Notes under the pieces: generated by a model | The model's database searches: none | What the model saw: only the letters and a program-made list of their open reading frames with translations | What the model was told of the DNA's origin: nothing | Translations under genes and position numbers: made by a program | Assembly: GCA_041489925.1 (NCBI GenBank) | Contig: JBGPSD010000002.1 | Location: forward strand, 55,449 to 119,448 | DNA: 64,000 nucleotides | Origin: Candidatus Nanoarchaeia archaeon | GTDB taxonomy: Archaea; Nanobdellota; Nanobdellia; Woesearchaeales; ARS49 | Direction: 5' to 3' | Shown here: positions 17,299 through 25,505 of the stretch, piece after piece | Layout of the letters: the number at the start of each line of letters is the position of its first letter | Position numbering within the stretch: position 1 is the first letter of the stretch

Positions 17299-18588
17299 TC
17301 AGAAGTCGCCTAATCCGCGCTGGATTGGCTTTGCTGGCGTGTCTTGGATTTGCGCTGGCTTTATTTTCGGCTTTGGAACTGGAGCGTTTTCGTCAAATAT
17401 GGGGTGGCCGTATTCGCCGTCATAGCCAGGATGCCATTTTATTTCCTGTTTTCTGTTGCGGATTATGAGCTCAACTATTTTTGCATCAGTTGACTTTTTC
17501 AGCTCTTCTTCTGTTGCGTCAAGCAGGACTGCAAATTCGTTTCCAAACTTTCCAACAATATCATAGTATGCCTTGAATGTGTATTTTGATGCAACAGGGC
17601 TGCCGATTGCAGCTGAAATAAGCTCTGACAGCGGGATTAATCTGTGGAACGGCTTGAGGTTTGGCACTTTTTCATCTTCCTTGCGGTCAGCGAGCTCTTC
17701 AACCCGGTGCGCGACTCCGATTGTCAGTTCCTTTTTGCACACAGGGCATATTTTGTTCACTTTGTTTGCCTCTGCAGGGCTCATCACGATACCGCACAAT
17801 CTGTGGCCGTCATAGTGATACTTGCCTTCCTCTGGGAAAAACTCAATTGTTCCTGCAAGCCCTTCTCCGGTCCTTATTGCCTTGAGAATATTATTGTAAG
17901 TTAGCTCCTTGACATCAAAGACTGTTGCTTCCCTGCCAATCCTCCAGGGCCAGAATGAATGCATGTCTGAAGATGAGATGATGTTGATGTTGTCCAGCTG
18001 TGAAAGCCTGCGGTTCATTGCGGGGTCGCTGCTTATGCCTGTCTCAATTGCGTGCACGTGCTTTGTCTGGTCGTGGAAGCAGTCCTTGAGCGAGTCATAT
18101 CCGCTTTTGTCGCCGAATACGCCAAACCACGGAGTCCACGCGTGCGCAGGAATAACCTCAATGTCTTCTGATATTGAGCGGAGCATTGAAACAAAGTCAG
18201 CAGAGGAAATGTTGAATATTGGCCTTCCGTCATAATCAATCCTGCCTTTTTTTGAAAGCGCTTCAGTTATCTGGTCAACAACTTCCCTTGACGGCGCCAA
18301 AACAACGTGGTGCACGCGCCGTCCTTTGCCTGCATCGGTGTAAACCAAGGAAATTTCTGTCTGGTGGATGAATGGAAATCCTGTTTTTGTCTGGTAAACC
18401 CCTGTTCCTGGGATTTCAGTGAGTTCCTGCTTAAGCTCAGGGCCCCATTTAGGGTGCTGGAAGTCTCCTGTTCCAAGAAGACCAAGCCCTTTCAGCTTTG
18501 CATATTTCTCAAGGTTGGGAATGTCTGTCTGCTTTGAGCAGGCTCTTGAGAATCTGCTGTGAATGTGTAAATCTGCCACCACCTTCAT
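17299..18588 (-). CDS. endonuclease Q-like PHP-domain nuclease
   Basis: MKVVADLHIHSRFSRACS...GTGD...RRVHHVVLAPS...IPAHAWTPWFGVFG...SSDMHSF plus a CPVCKK zinc ribbon: collinear with EndoQ. Start set at the internal Met. Confidence 0.7.
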   Translation of the reverse strand: MKVVADLHIHSRFSRACSKQTDIPNLEKYAKLKGLGLLGTGDFQHPKWGPELKQELTEIPGTGVYQTKTGFPFIHQTEISLVYTDAGKGRRVHHVVLAPSREVVDQITEALSKKGRIDYDGRPIFNISSADFVSMLRSISEDIEVIPAHAWTPWFGVFGDKSGYDSLKDCFHDQTKHVHAIETGISSDPAMNRRLSQLDNINIISSSDMHSFWPWRIGREATVFDVKELTYNNILKAIRTGEGLAGTIEFFPEEGKYHYDGHRLCGIVMSPAEANKVNKICPVCKKELTIGVAHRVEELADRKEDEKVPNLKPFHRLIPLSELISAAIGSPVASKYTFKAYYDIVGKFGNEFAVLLDATEEELKKSTDAKIVELIIRNRKQEIKWHPGYDGEYGHPIFDENAPVPKPKIKPAQIQDTPAKPIQRGLGDF

Positions 18589-18626
18589 AACATCGTCAGC
18601 GAAATCAGTAATATAAAATACTTGCG

Positions 18627-19583
18627 CTAACCAAAATAGTTCTGAAGGCTTAGTTCGACAAGCACAAAAACAACGTAGAACATAATCAATGACATTCCTT
18701 CCCTCCAGGTCAGCCTGTCTCCGCTTGCTGTAAACGTGGCAAATAGGAAGGTTATCGCGATGAGGAATGCCGCGCTTGTTATGAACAGCGTGAATGAGTT
18801 TGTAATCGGGCATATCAGCGCAGCAATTCCAAGCACAACTGTTGAATTGACAACAACGGCTCCGACAAGGTCGCCTATTGCGAGCGTCGAGTGCTTTGAG
18901 AGCACAGCCCTTGCGCTGAATGTGAGGTCAGGAAGTGTTGTTCCAAGCGAGACAAAGAACAGTCCGATAAGCAGGGGCGGCATACCTAGTGCTCCTGCAA
19001 GCTCTGAGCCGTATGCGACTACCCATTTTGCGCTGAAATACAGTGCTGTTGCGCTGGCAAGGAACAGGAGGAATGTGCCGAGCGCAATCCAGTGCGAGTC
19101 CCTTTCCCGCACGTGCTGGTGGAAATTTGCGTGCTTTGAAGTAATCATTTCGTAAAAGTATATTGCGAACGCACCAAGGAGGATAAGCCCGTCAAGCCTT
19201 GAAAGCTCCTTTCCAAGGAACATAAGAAGCATGGGCAATGCCGCGAGCAGCACCATTCCGTACACTTCCTTTCGCATAAACCTGCGCTCCATCCTGATTC
19301 CCCTTGCGAGCACTATTGCTATGCCTGCAACAAGGGTCAGCTCTATTATATTGGAGCCGATAACATTTCCAAGCGAAAGGGCTGGCTTTCCTGCCAGAGC
19401 GGAGTTTATCCCGATGAACAATTCAGGCAGGGAAGTGCAGAAAGCCATCAAAATAAATGCTGCAATGAACTCGTTAATCCTGAGGAATGCTGCAAGCCTT
19501 GAAAGGCTCCTTAGAAGGACAGCACCTGCAATAATGAGGAGTATGCAAGCTCCTAAAAACCAGGCTATTGTTACTATCACCAT
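18627..19583 (-). CDS. Na+/Ca2+ exchanger (CaCA family) membrane protein
   Basis: Two alpha-repeat signatures GNVIGSNIIELTLVAGI and GTTLPDL; about 10 TM helices. Confidence 0.75.
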   Translation of the reverse strand: MVIVTIAWFLGACILLIIAGAVLLRSLSRLAAFLRINEFIAAFILMAFCTSLPELFIGINSALAGKPALSLGNVIGSNIIELTLVAGIAIVLARGIRMERRFMRKEVYGMVLLAALPMLLMFLGKELSRLDGLILLGAFAIYFYEMITSKHANFHQHVRERDSHWIALGTFLLFLASATALYFSAKWVVAYGSELAGALGMPPLLIGLFFVSLGTTLPDLTFSARAVLSKHSTLAIGDLVGAVVVNSTVVLGIAALICPITNSFTLFITSAAFLIAITFLFATFTASGDRLTWREGMSLIMFYVVFVLVELSLQNYFG

Positions 19584-19598
19584 CTTTTTTCACCTCTA

Positions 19599-20165
19599 AT
19601 GCAGAAAGAAGGTTATTTATACCTTTTGGTCTCGGCAGAGGATATGCCTCCATACAGGTTCAGTTTTACCGGATTTATAATTGGATGGATTGCAAAGCTG
19701 CTGTATTTTGCGTCGCTCACAACGCTGATTCCTTTTGGCGCGATGCTTTTGACAGCGCGCCCTGCGGAGATTCCAGCCAGTCTCCAGTACCTGCCCTGGA
19801 CTGCGCTTGGGCTTCTGTTCCTCAGCGCTTTTGTCCTGCTTGTTTACCACAGGAATCTTGCGCACACGCTGGCGTCATTGGGATGGATGACTTTGCTTCC
19901 GGGCATTGGCGCCCTTGTTTTCATGATTGTGGACCCGCAAACAGTGCTTGGCTTTATTGCAAAACTTGTTGTTGGCTTTGGAAAGGTTGAGCCGCTTGTT
20001 GAGTCCTACCTGAATGATGTCCTGCCAAAAGTCTGGCTGTTTATCGCGGTTTACATACTGCTTGGCTTTGTCCTGATATCAATCGCAGGAAAGATGGAGA
20101 GTAAGCACGCGCTGATGTCGCATTTCAGGAAGATTTTTGGGCCGCGCGTAAGGTTTTTCCGATAG
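19599..20165 (+). CDS. hypothetical polytopic membrane protein
   Basis: Four or five hydrophobic helices; no motifs. Confidence 0.4.
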   Translation: MQKEGYLYLLVSAEDMPPYRFSFTGFIIGWIAKLLYFASLTTLIPFGAMLLTARPAEIPASLQYLPWTALGLLFLSAFVLLVYHRNLAHTLASLGWMTLLPGIGALVFMIVDPQTVLGFIAKLVVGFGKVEPLVESYLNDVLPKVWLFIAVYILLGFVLISIAGKMESKHALMSHFRKIFGPRVRFFR

Positions 20166-21132
20166 TTGCAAGGAGCTTTTCAACGCTTTGCCGCTTTGTT
20201 GTGTCCACATCTGCTGTTTCCTGCCCTGCCTCTTTTTGCGCTGCAGAAACCTGTTCTGGCTTTGCGAGGTCAAGCTTGGTCATTACAATGAGCATCGGCA
20301 TCATGAACAATGCCTGAACCTGGTGAAGGAGCTCAATCTGCGAATTGAGCGGGTAGCCGCAGAATTCTGTCGGGTCAATCACAAACACTATCAGGGTTGC
20401 AAGGTGCTTTAGCGCAAGTATTGCCTGCTTTTCAACAGGGTTTCTCTTTGCGAACGGCTTGTCAAGGAGCCCTGGCGTGTCAATGAACTGAATCTTGTCA
20501 GCATAGCCAAACATAAGCTGCTTTGTGGTGAACGGGTATGGCGCGATTTTGGGATTTGCGCCTGTCAAAGCCTTCAGGAGAGTGCTTTTGCCGACATTGG
20601 GGTAGCCTGCGATGACAACTGTGGGCATGTCTGTTTTTATCGACGGGAATTCCCTGATTGTCCTGCGGCATTCCTCAAGGTATGCAAGCTCTTTTTTTAC
20701 CTGCTTAAGCACGGACGCAGCCCTGCCGTAAAATGCCGCGCGTGTGCTGGTGACATTTCCAAGGTCCCGGGATGCCTTTATCTTGTCGCGCGACAATTTC
20801 GCAATTTTCTTTATCTGCCCTGCCGCCCAGTCAACTGCTCCGAGTGATTTTTTGTATGAGTCAGGGTCCATTGTGCAGTTGACCAGCTCCCTGTAGAAAG
20901 GCGCGAGCTGTTCAAGGCTTGGAAAGCCGTCAACTATCGCCTTAAGCTTTGAAATAAGTATGTCAGAGGAAACAACAATTTTTGTCATTTCAAGGGCGCG
21001 CGACTTAATCAGGCGCGTAAGCCCTTTTCCTTTCAAAGTGCCCCTTGAGCGCCCTGCTGACTGCCGCGCCTTGTGGAATGCGGTTTCAAGAAGCTCATCA
21101 GGAGTGTCAACTTTACCTATTGGAATCCGCAT
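20125..21132 (-). CDS. NOG1-family GTPase (archaeal nucleolar GTP-binding protein 1 homolog)
   Basis: G1 GYPNVGKST, G3 DTPG, G4 TKLD, with the N-terminal NOG1 helical domain. Confidence 0.75.
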   Translation of the reverse strand: MRIPIGKVDTPDELLETAFHKARQSAGRSRGTLKGKGLTRLIKSRALEMTKIVVSSDILISKLKAIVDGFPSLEQLAPFYRELVNCTMDPDSYKKSLGAVDWAAGQIKKIAKLSRDKIKASRDLGNVTSTRAAFYGRAASVLKQVKKELAYLEECRRTIREFPSIKTDMPTVVIAGYPNVGKSTLLKALTGANPKIAPYPFTTKQLMFGYADKIQFIDTPGLLDKPFAKRNPVEKQAILALKHLATLIVFVIDPTEFCGYPLNSQIELLHQVQALFMMPMLIVMTKLDLAKPEQVSAAQKEAGQETADVDTTKRQSVEKLLATIGKTLRAAQKSS

Positions 21133-21171
21133 AAGACGGCAACTGGTGGCAGGGCTTTTAAGACTTTTGCA

Positions 21172-22179
21172 TCAGCCGGGCTTTTGGCCCGTGTACCAGG
21201 TCCAGACTTCCCTCAGGCCTGTTTCAAGTGTTTTCTGCGGCGCATAGCCAAGCGCCTTTGCTTTGGTTATGTCTGCCAGCGATTGCCTTATGTCGCCTGC
21301 CCTTGGCGGCTGGTAAGAAATTGAAAGGTTGTGCTTTGAGAGCTTGATGCAGGCATTTGCAACATTGTTTATTGAGTATGGTTTTCCACTGCCGATATTC
21401 AGGGTCAGGCCCGGCTCCACCTGCTTTTGCTCTATTGCCCACATTATCGCCCTAATAACGTCATCCACGTGCACAAAGTCCCTTATCTGCTTTCCGTCGC
21501 CAAAGACAACAGGCGGCTTGCCTTTTTTAACTGACTGCATGAAATTGGTGATGACGCCTGTGTAAGGCGATGACGGGTCCTGCCTGGGGCCGTAAACATT
21601 GAAAAGCCTGAGTATTACTGTTTCCATTTTGTACTCGCGCGCATACATTCTGGCCAGGCATTCTGTAGAGAATTTTTCCCACGCATAAGGGGAAAGCGGA
21701 TTCGGCTTCGCATCCTCGCTTATCGGCAGCTTTTCAGGGTTGCCATACACTGCTGATGTCGAGGCGATGATTACCCTTTTAATGTTCTTTTCGCGGGCTG
21801 CCTCAAGCAGGTGCGTTGTTGCAGTATTGATGCCCTCGCGGTATTTGTGCGGGTTTTCAATTGATTCAGCAACTGAAATCGGCGCGGCAAGGTGGACAAT
21901 TGCGTCAAACCACTCCGTGGGCTTGCCTTTGTCATCATGCGGGAATTTTTTCTCTATGTTCCTGAGAAATGTCTTTGAGTACAGGACGTCAAGCTCTGCA
22001 ACTTCAGTCGCGTCTTTATCATTGCGCCGGTAAGTGTGTTCAATGTACTTCGCGCGCTGTCTTGAAGCTTCTCCTGCAGAAAGGTTGTCAATGACCTGTA
22101 TTTTGTGGCCGCGCTTGAACAGCTCGCCAACAAGATGGCTTCCTATAAAACCAGCTCCCCCTGTCACCAAAACGTGCAT
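21172..22179 (-). CDS. NAD-dependent epimerase/dehydratase (UDP-sugar 4-epimerase family)
   Basis: TGGAGFIGSHL Rossmann motif, catalytic SPYAWEK (YxxxK). Confidence 0.8.
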   Translation of the reverse strand: MHVLVTGGAGFIGSHLVGELFKRGHKIQVIDNLSAGEASRQRAKYIEHTYRRNDKDATEVAELDVLYSKTFLRNIEKKFPHDDKGKPTEWFDAIVHLAAPISVAESIENPHKYREGINTATTHLLEAAREKNIKRVIIASTSAVYGNPEKLPISEDAKPNPLSPYAWEKFSTECLARMYAREYKMETVILRLFNVYGPRQDPSSPYTGVITNFMQSVKKGKPPVVFGDGKQIRDFVHVDDVIRAIMWAIEQKQVEPGLTLNIGSGKPYSINNVANACIKLSKHNLSISYQPPRAGDIRQSLADITKAKALGYAPQKTLETGLREVWTWYTGQKPG

Positions 22180-22239
22180 TATGCTTTTTACTCGGAAATA
22201 TTTTATATAGGTTGCGGTTTCTTTAAATAGACGGACATA

Positions 22240-23046
22240 TTGGTGGCGTGTATGGTGGGGGATCGTTACGGCCAGAGTTTGGACGTAGGAAAGGAGATTG
22301 AAAAGGAAAAGGAAGAGGAAAAACAGCCTTTGCCCTGCGTATGCACCCCAAAAATAAAGCCGAAAGAGGAATTTTCTGAATCACCGTCGGAAAAGCAGGA
22401 AGAAAAACGGCCTGAACAACCGACAGAACCGGAAGAAAAACAGCCTCCGCAGGAAGAAAAGCCTGTTGAACAAGAGCCGGAAAAGATTTCTGAAGCAACT
22501 GTAGAATCTTCCGCGCAAAAACTGATTGAAGAAGCAAAAGAAGAGCCGCCTGAAAAAGTTCCTGATGACGAGCCTGAAGAAGCCCCTGCAGAGCCAAGGG
22601 TTCCTGACCCTGCTGAAGAGGATGTCAACGAGATTATAACAAAGGATTTTCCTGTTTTGCGCCAGAGAACAAGCGTCTGGGAGACTTTTTTCTCGCACAG
22701 CTGGATTTTTTGGGTTGTGCTTTTTGTTGTGGTTGGCGGAATGTTCTGGGCATGGACTTCTGTGACAAGAGAAGAACGCAGCGAGCCTGTTGGCAATGTG
22801 ATTTTGCCTGCTGACAATACATTCTCATTTAACGCGACATATGAAGAGCTTGTTTTTCCGGAACAGAACATCACTTTGCAAGAAAACATAAAGCCAGTGC
22901 CTGAAACTGCAGTTGCTGAGGATGTAGCGCAGGAAAACATAACACCAGTGCCTGAAACTGCGCCTGTTGAGGATACTGTGCAGGAAAAAACTGACAATTC
23001 CACAGACGAGCTTTCCAAATTGCTCGCAGAAGGTCTTAAGGATTAG
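22240..23046 (+). CDS. acidic Glu/Pro/Lys-rich low-complexity protein with one TM helix
   Basis: EKQEEKRPEQPTEPEEKQPPQEEKP... repeats, a TM (WIFWVVLFVVVGGMFWAW), and repeated ENITPVPETA units. Strand choice is less certain, since a Ser-rich ORF lies opposite. Confidence 0.35.
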   Translation: MVACMVGDRYGQSLDVGKEIEKEKEEEKQPLPCVCTPKIKPKEEFSESPSEKQEEKRPEQPTEPEEKQPPQEEKPVEQEPEKISEATVESSAQKLIEEAKEEPPEKVPDDEPEEAPAEPRVPDPAEEDVNEIITKDFPVLRQRTSVWETFFSHSWIFWVVLFVVVGGMFWAWTSVTREERSEPVGNVILPADNTFSFNATYEELVFPEQNITLQENIKPVPETAVAEDVAQENITPVPETAPVEDTVQEKTDNSTDELSKLLAEGLKD

Positions 23047-23882
23047 TTTTTCTTCTTTGAATATGCCTCTTTTGCAGCAGAAAGCGCTTCCTGTGCTTCC
23101 TGCGGCGAGATTATGCCATTGTTGTCCTTGTCAGCAAGCAAATACCTGTCAAGGATTTTTTGGTCAGGCAAAGCGCCTTCCTTTGCCTCGCAGAAAAAAA
23201 CATATTCTTTCATTGCCTGCCCTGTTTCCTTGTCATAATGGAGCCTGAAAACACCGTTCTGGCTGACAAACCTTGTGCCAGTATCCAGCTCAAGCAGGGT
23301 TATTCCCTCGTGCCTTGGCGCTGAAGCGCCTGTCGCGCTGGAGAAATACGAGCAGATGCCGTAAGTCATCGCAATCCCTGCTGCTGCATAGCGTAAAATC
23401 CCCCATTTTCTCCGCAGAACTGGCAAATGGCGCTTTAAGTCGTGCTCCTTCTTTTGCAGGTCCTTCTTTAAGCAAGGCTCCCTGATTGTGAATCTTTGGT
23501 GCCTGACGTCAAACTGCCTGTAAGCAGGGTCAACCTGCAGCTGCTTTGTCTGGAGGTCAACGACAGCGCAGGCATGGTATGTGTCTTTGCCAAAGCAGTC
23601 AACATCCACAAATGCGTAATCTGCCTTCAGCCCCATTTCCCTTGCCAGTTCCACATAAAGCACAGCCATGTCAGAGCATATGCCTTTTCCGCGCTCAAGC
23701 ACTTCCTCAGCAGGATATGTCTCATAATCCTTCGTTTCATCCACTGCTTTTGCCCGTTCGTAGTCGTATTCAATGTTTTTAATCATCCAGTCATAGATTA
23801 TCCTTGCCTTGTCCATCGCAGGAGCCATTGGCAGGACGTGCTCTGACAGCTCTTTAACGATTGTTGTTAGTGTTTTGTTCAT
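23043..23882 (-). CDS. transglutaminase-like cysteine protease superfamily protein with a C-terminal EF-hand-like loop
   Basis: ERGKGICSDMAVLYVELAREMGLKADYAFV...HACAVV (Cys-His core) and DKDNNGIISPQE. Confidence 0.65.
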   Translation of the reverse strand: MNKTLTTIVKELSEHVLPMAPAMDKARIIYDWMIKNIEYDYERAKAVDETKDYETYPAEEVLERGKGICSDMAVLYVELAREMGLKADYAFVDVDCFGKDTYHACAVVDLQTKQLQVDPAYRQFDVRHQRFTIREPCLKKDLQKKEHDLKRHLPVLRRKWGILRYAAAGIAMTYGICSYFSSATGASAPRHEGITLLELDTGTRFVSQNGVFRLHYDKETGQAMKEYVFFCEAKEGALPDQKILDRYLLADKDNNGIISPQEAQEALSAAKEAYSKKKN

Positions 23883-24090
23883 TTTTTTATTGCCCCCATA
23901 GCCCCCGAAGGAGCAAGGGGGCAGTCCTCTTGTATTCCAAGGGATTCAGAGAGTAAAGTGAATGGAATTAAAGGCAGTTTTGCTGAAAAAACAGAAGATT
24001 TTCCGGCGAAGTTGCAAGGATTTCCGGTCTGGCGGGAAGAATTTTCAGAAAAAGCAGTAAAAAAAGAAAAATTTCCGGATTAGCCGGAAT

Positions 24091-24699
24091 TTAGTCCTTG
24101 ACCCATCTTAGGTATGCGACAGGGCTTGCAGCCAGCACCCCATAATCAGGGTTGGCAAGCACAAATACTGCGCCAAAGTCAGTTCCTGATGCCTGCCCTG
24201 CAATGTAATAATCAGGGGCGTAGCCGCGGGCAAAGCTTATTTTGTTGTTGGTGTATGAAAGCGGCACTTGTTCGCAGCTCAGGGGCGCTTCAGGGACTTT
24301 GTACGCATAAGTGCAAAGGTATCCGCCGACATACTTTGTCGGGTCCTGCTCGTAATAGCCGGCTATGCCTGAGAATGTGTGTATCTTTTCCTTTTTCAGC
24401 GATATGAAATTGTAGAAATTCATCTCAGGAATTGCAATGCGGTCCACCTGGAAGCCAATAAGTTCTGGAGCAAGCGCGGCTCTTGGAGGGAGATTTTCAG
24501 GGTAATAATCCATCTGGTTTATTCTGATTGATTCCAGCGAGGGATAATTTATGGACGCTGTCTTGAATGTCAATCCCATGTTGTACGGCTCATATGTGCC
24601 GATATAAGCGCCTGTTATTGAGCGGTAGCCCATAAAGAGCATAAGCACCAATGCAACTATGCTTACAATTCCCAAAATGAATATTTCAATTTTGTCCAT
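24091..24699 (-). CDS. membrane-anchored hypothetical protein (last gene of the surface-system cluster)
   Basis: N-terminal TM anchor; overlaps the upstream gene by 14 nt. Confidence 0.5.
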   Translation of the reverse strand: MDKIEIFILGIVSIVALVLMLFMGYRSITGAYIGTYEPYNMGLTFKTASINYPSLESIRINQMDYYPENLPPRAALAPELIGFQVDRIAIPEMNFYNFISLKKEKIHTFSGIAGYYEQDPTKYVGGYLCTYAYKVPEAPLSCEQVPLSYTNNKISFARGYAPDYYIAGQASGTDFGAVFVLANPDYGVLAASPVAYLRWVKD

Positions 24700-25501
24700 G
24701 GCTCATCACCTTGTGCACAGCGGTTATCCAGAGGGTGCGCGTCCACGCGATTGCAGGGAGCGCAACAAGCAGCGCGAATACAGGAATGAGGTAAACGCTT
24801 ATCCTGATGAGGAAAAATGGGATTGTAATTGATAATGCGAGCACAATTGTCCCAAGCACGTGCGCAGGAAGCATTTCTTTCCATTGCGTTATTCCAAGCG
24901 TGAATGTCTGCCTGAAAACATTGTGGGGAACAAGCGCATAAGAGATGAAAACAAAGTATGAATACACCCAGAAAATTATTGCGACGATTACGTTTGCTGT
25001 TTTTGTGCTGAAAAGCGGCAAAGCGCCCATTAGCGCATAATCAATTATGTTCATCGCGATGATTGTGAGAACTAAAAAGCCTGCAAACCAGAACAGTGTC
25101 ATTCCAATGAACTTGGTCGCGAACAGTTTTGTGTCAACAGGCTTTTCTTTCGCGCTTTTGTGCGCCAAAAACCATACACTGCCCTTGCAGACAATCCACG
25201 AAAGCAGTATTCCTGCAAAGAAAAACCCAATGAACTTCAGCAGCTGGCGGTAAGCAGCTGTAAACTCATCTGACTGCAGTACAGCAGGCGGCTCAAGGGT
25301 GTTTGCATCAGCAAGAGCCTGCGCCTGTTCGCCAAGCATTGTCGTCAGTGTCTGCGAATACTCATTTGCCCTGTTCAACAGCGCATAATTCATCTGGTTT
25401 ACAGAAATAAGGAACACAAGGTCAATAACAACAGCCATCACCATAAGCCATTTGTGTGAAACAAACGCATTCCATGATTTGGTTATTGTTGAAAAGGTCA
25501 T
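24686..25501 (-). CDS. polytopic membrane protein (module 2), distant paralog of 33429..34310
   Basis: Six or seven TM helices; local similarity VCKGSVWFLAHK versus ISRGFIWLTLLNK. Confidence 0.55.
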   Translation of the reverse strand: MTFSTITKSWNAFVSHKWLMVMAVVIDLVFLISVNQMNYALLNRANEYSQTLTTMLGEQAQALADANTLEPPAVLQSDEFTAAYRQLLKFIGFFFAGILLSWIVCKGSVWFLAHKSAKEKPVDTKLFATKFIGMTLFWFAGFLVLTIIAMNIIDYALMGALPLFSTKTANVIVAIIFWVYSYFVFISYALVPHNVFRQTFTLGITQWKEMLPAHVLGTIVLALSITIPFFLIRISVYLIPVFALLVALPAIAWTRTLWITAVHKVMSHGQN

Positions 25502-25505
25502 TTTA

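Noticed and set aside
22266-23018. 250-aa Ser/Gly-rich minus-strand ORF
   Set aside because: Mirror frame of the acidic E/K/P-rich plus-strand ORF. The plus ORF has a credible TM helix and charged repeat structure, while the minus ORF is Ser/Gly/Thr low-complexity typical of antisense frames. The strand choice remains somewhat uncertain.
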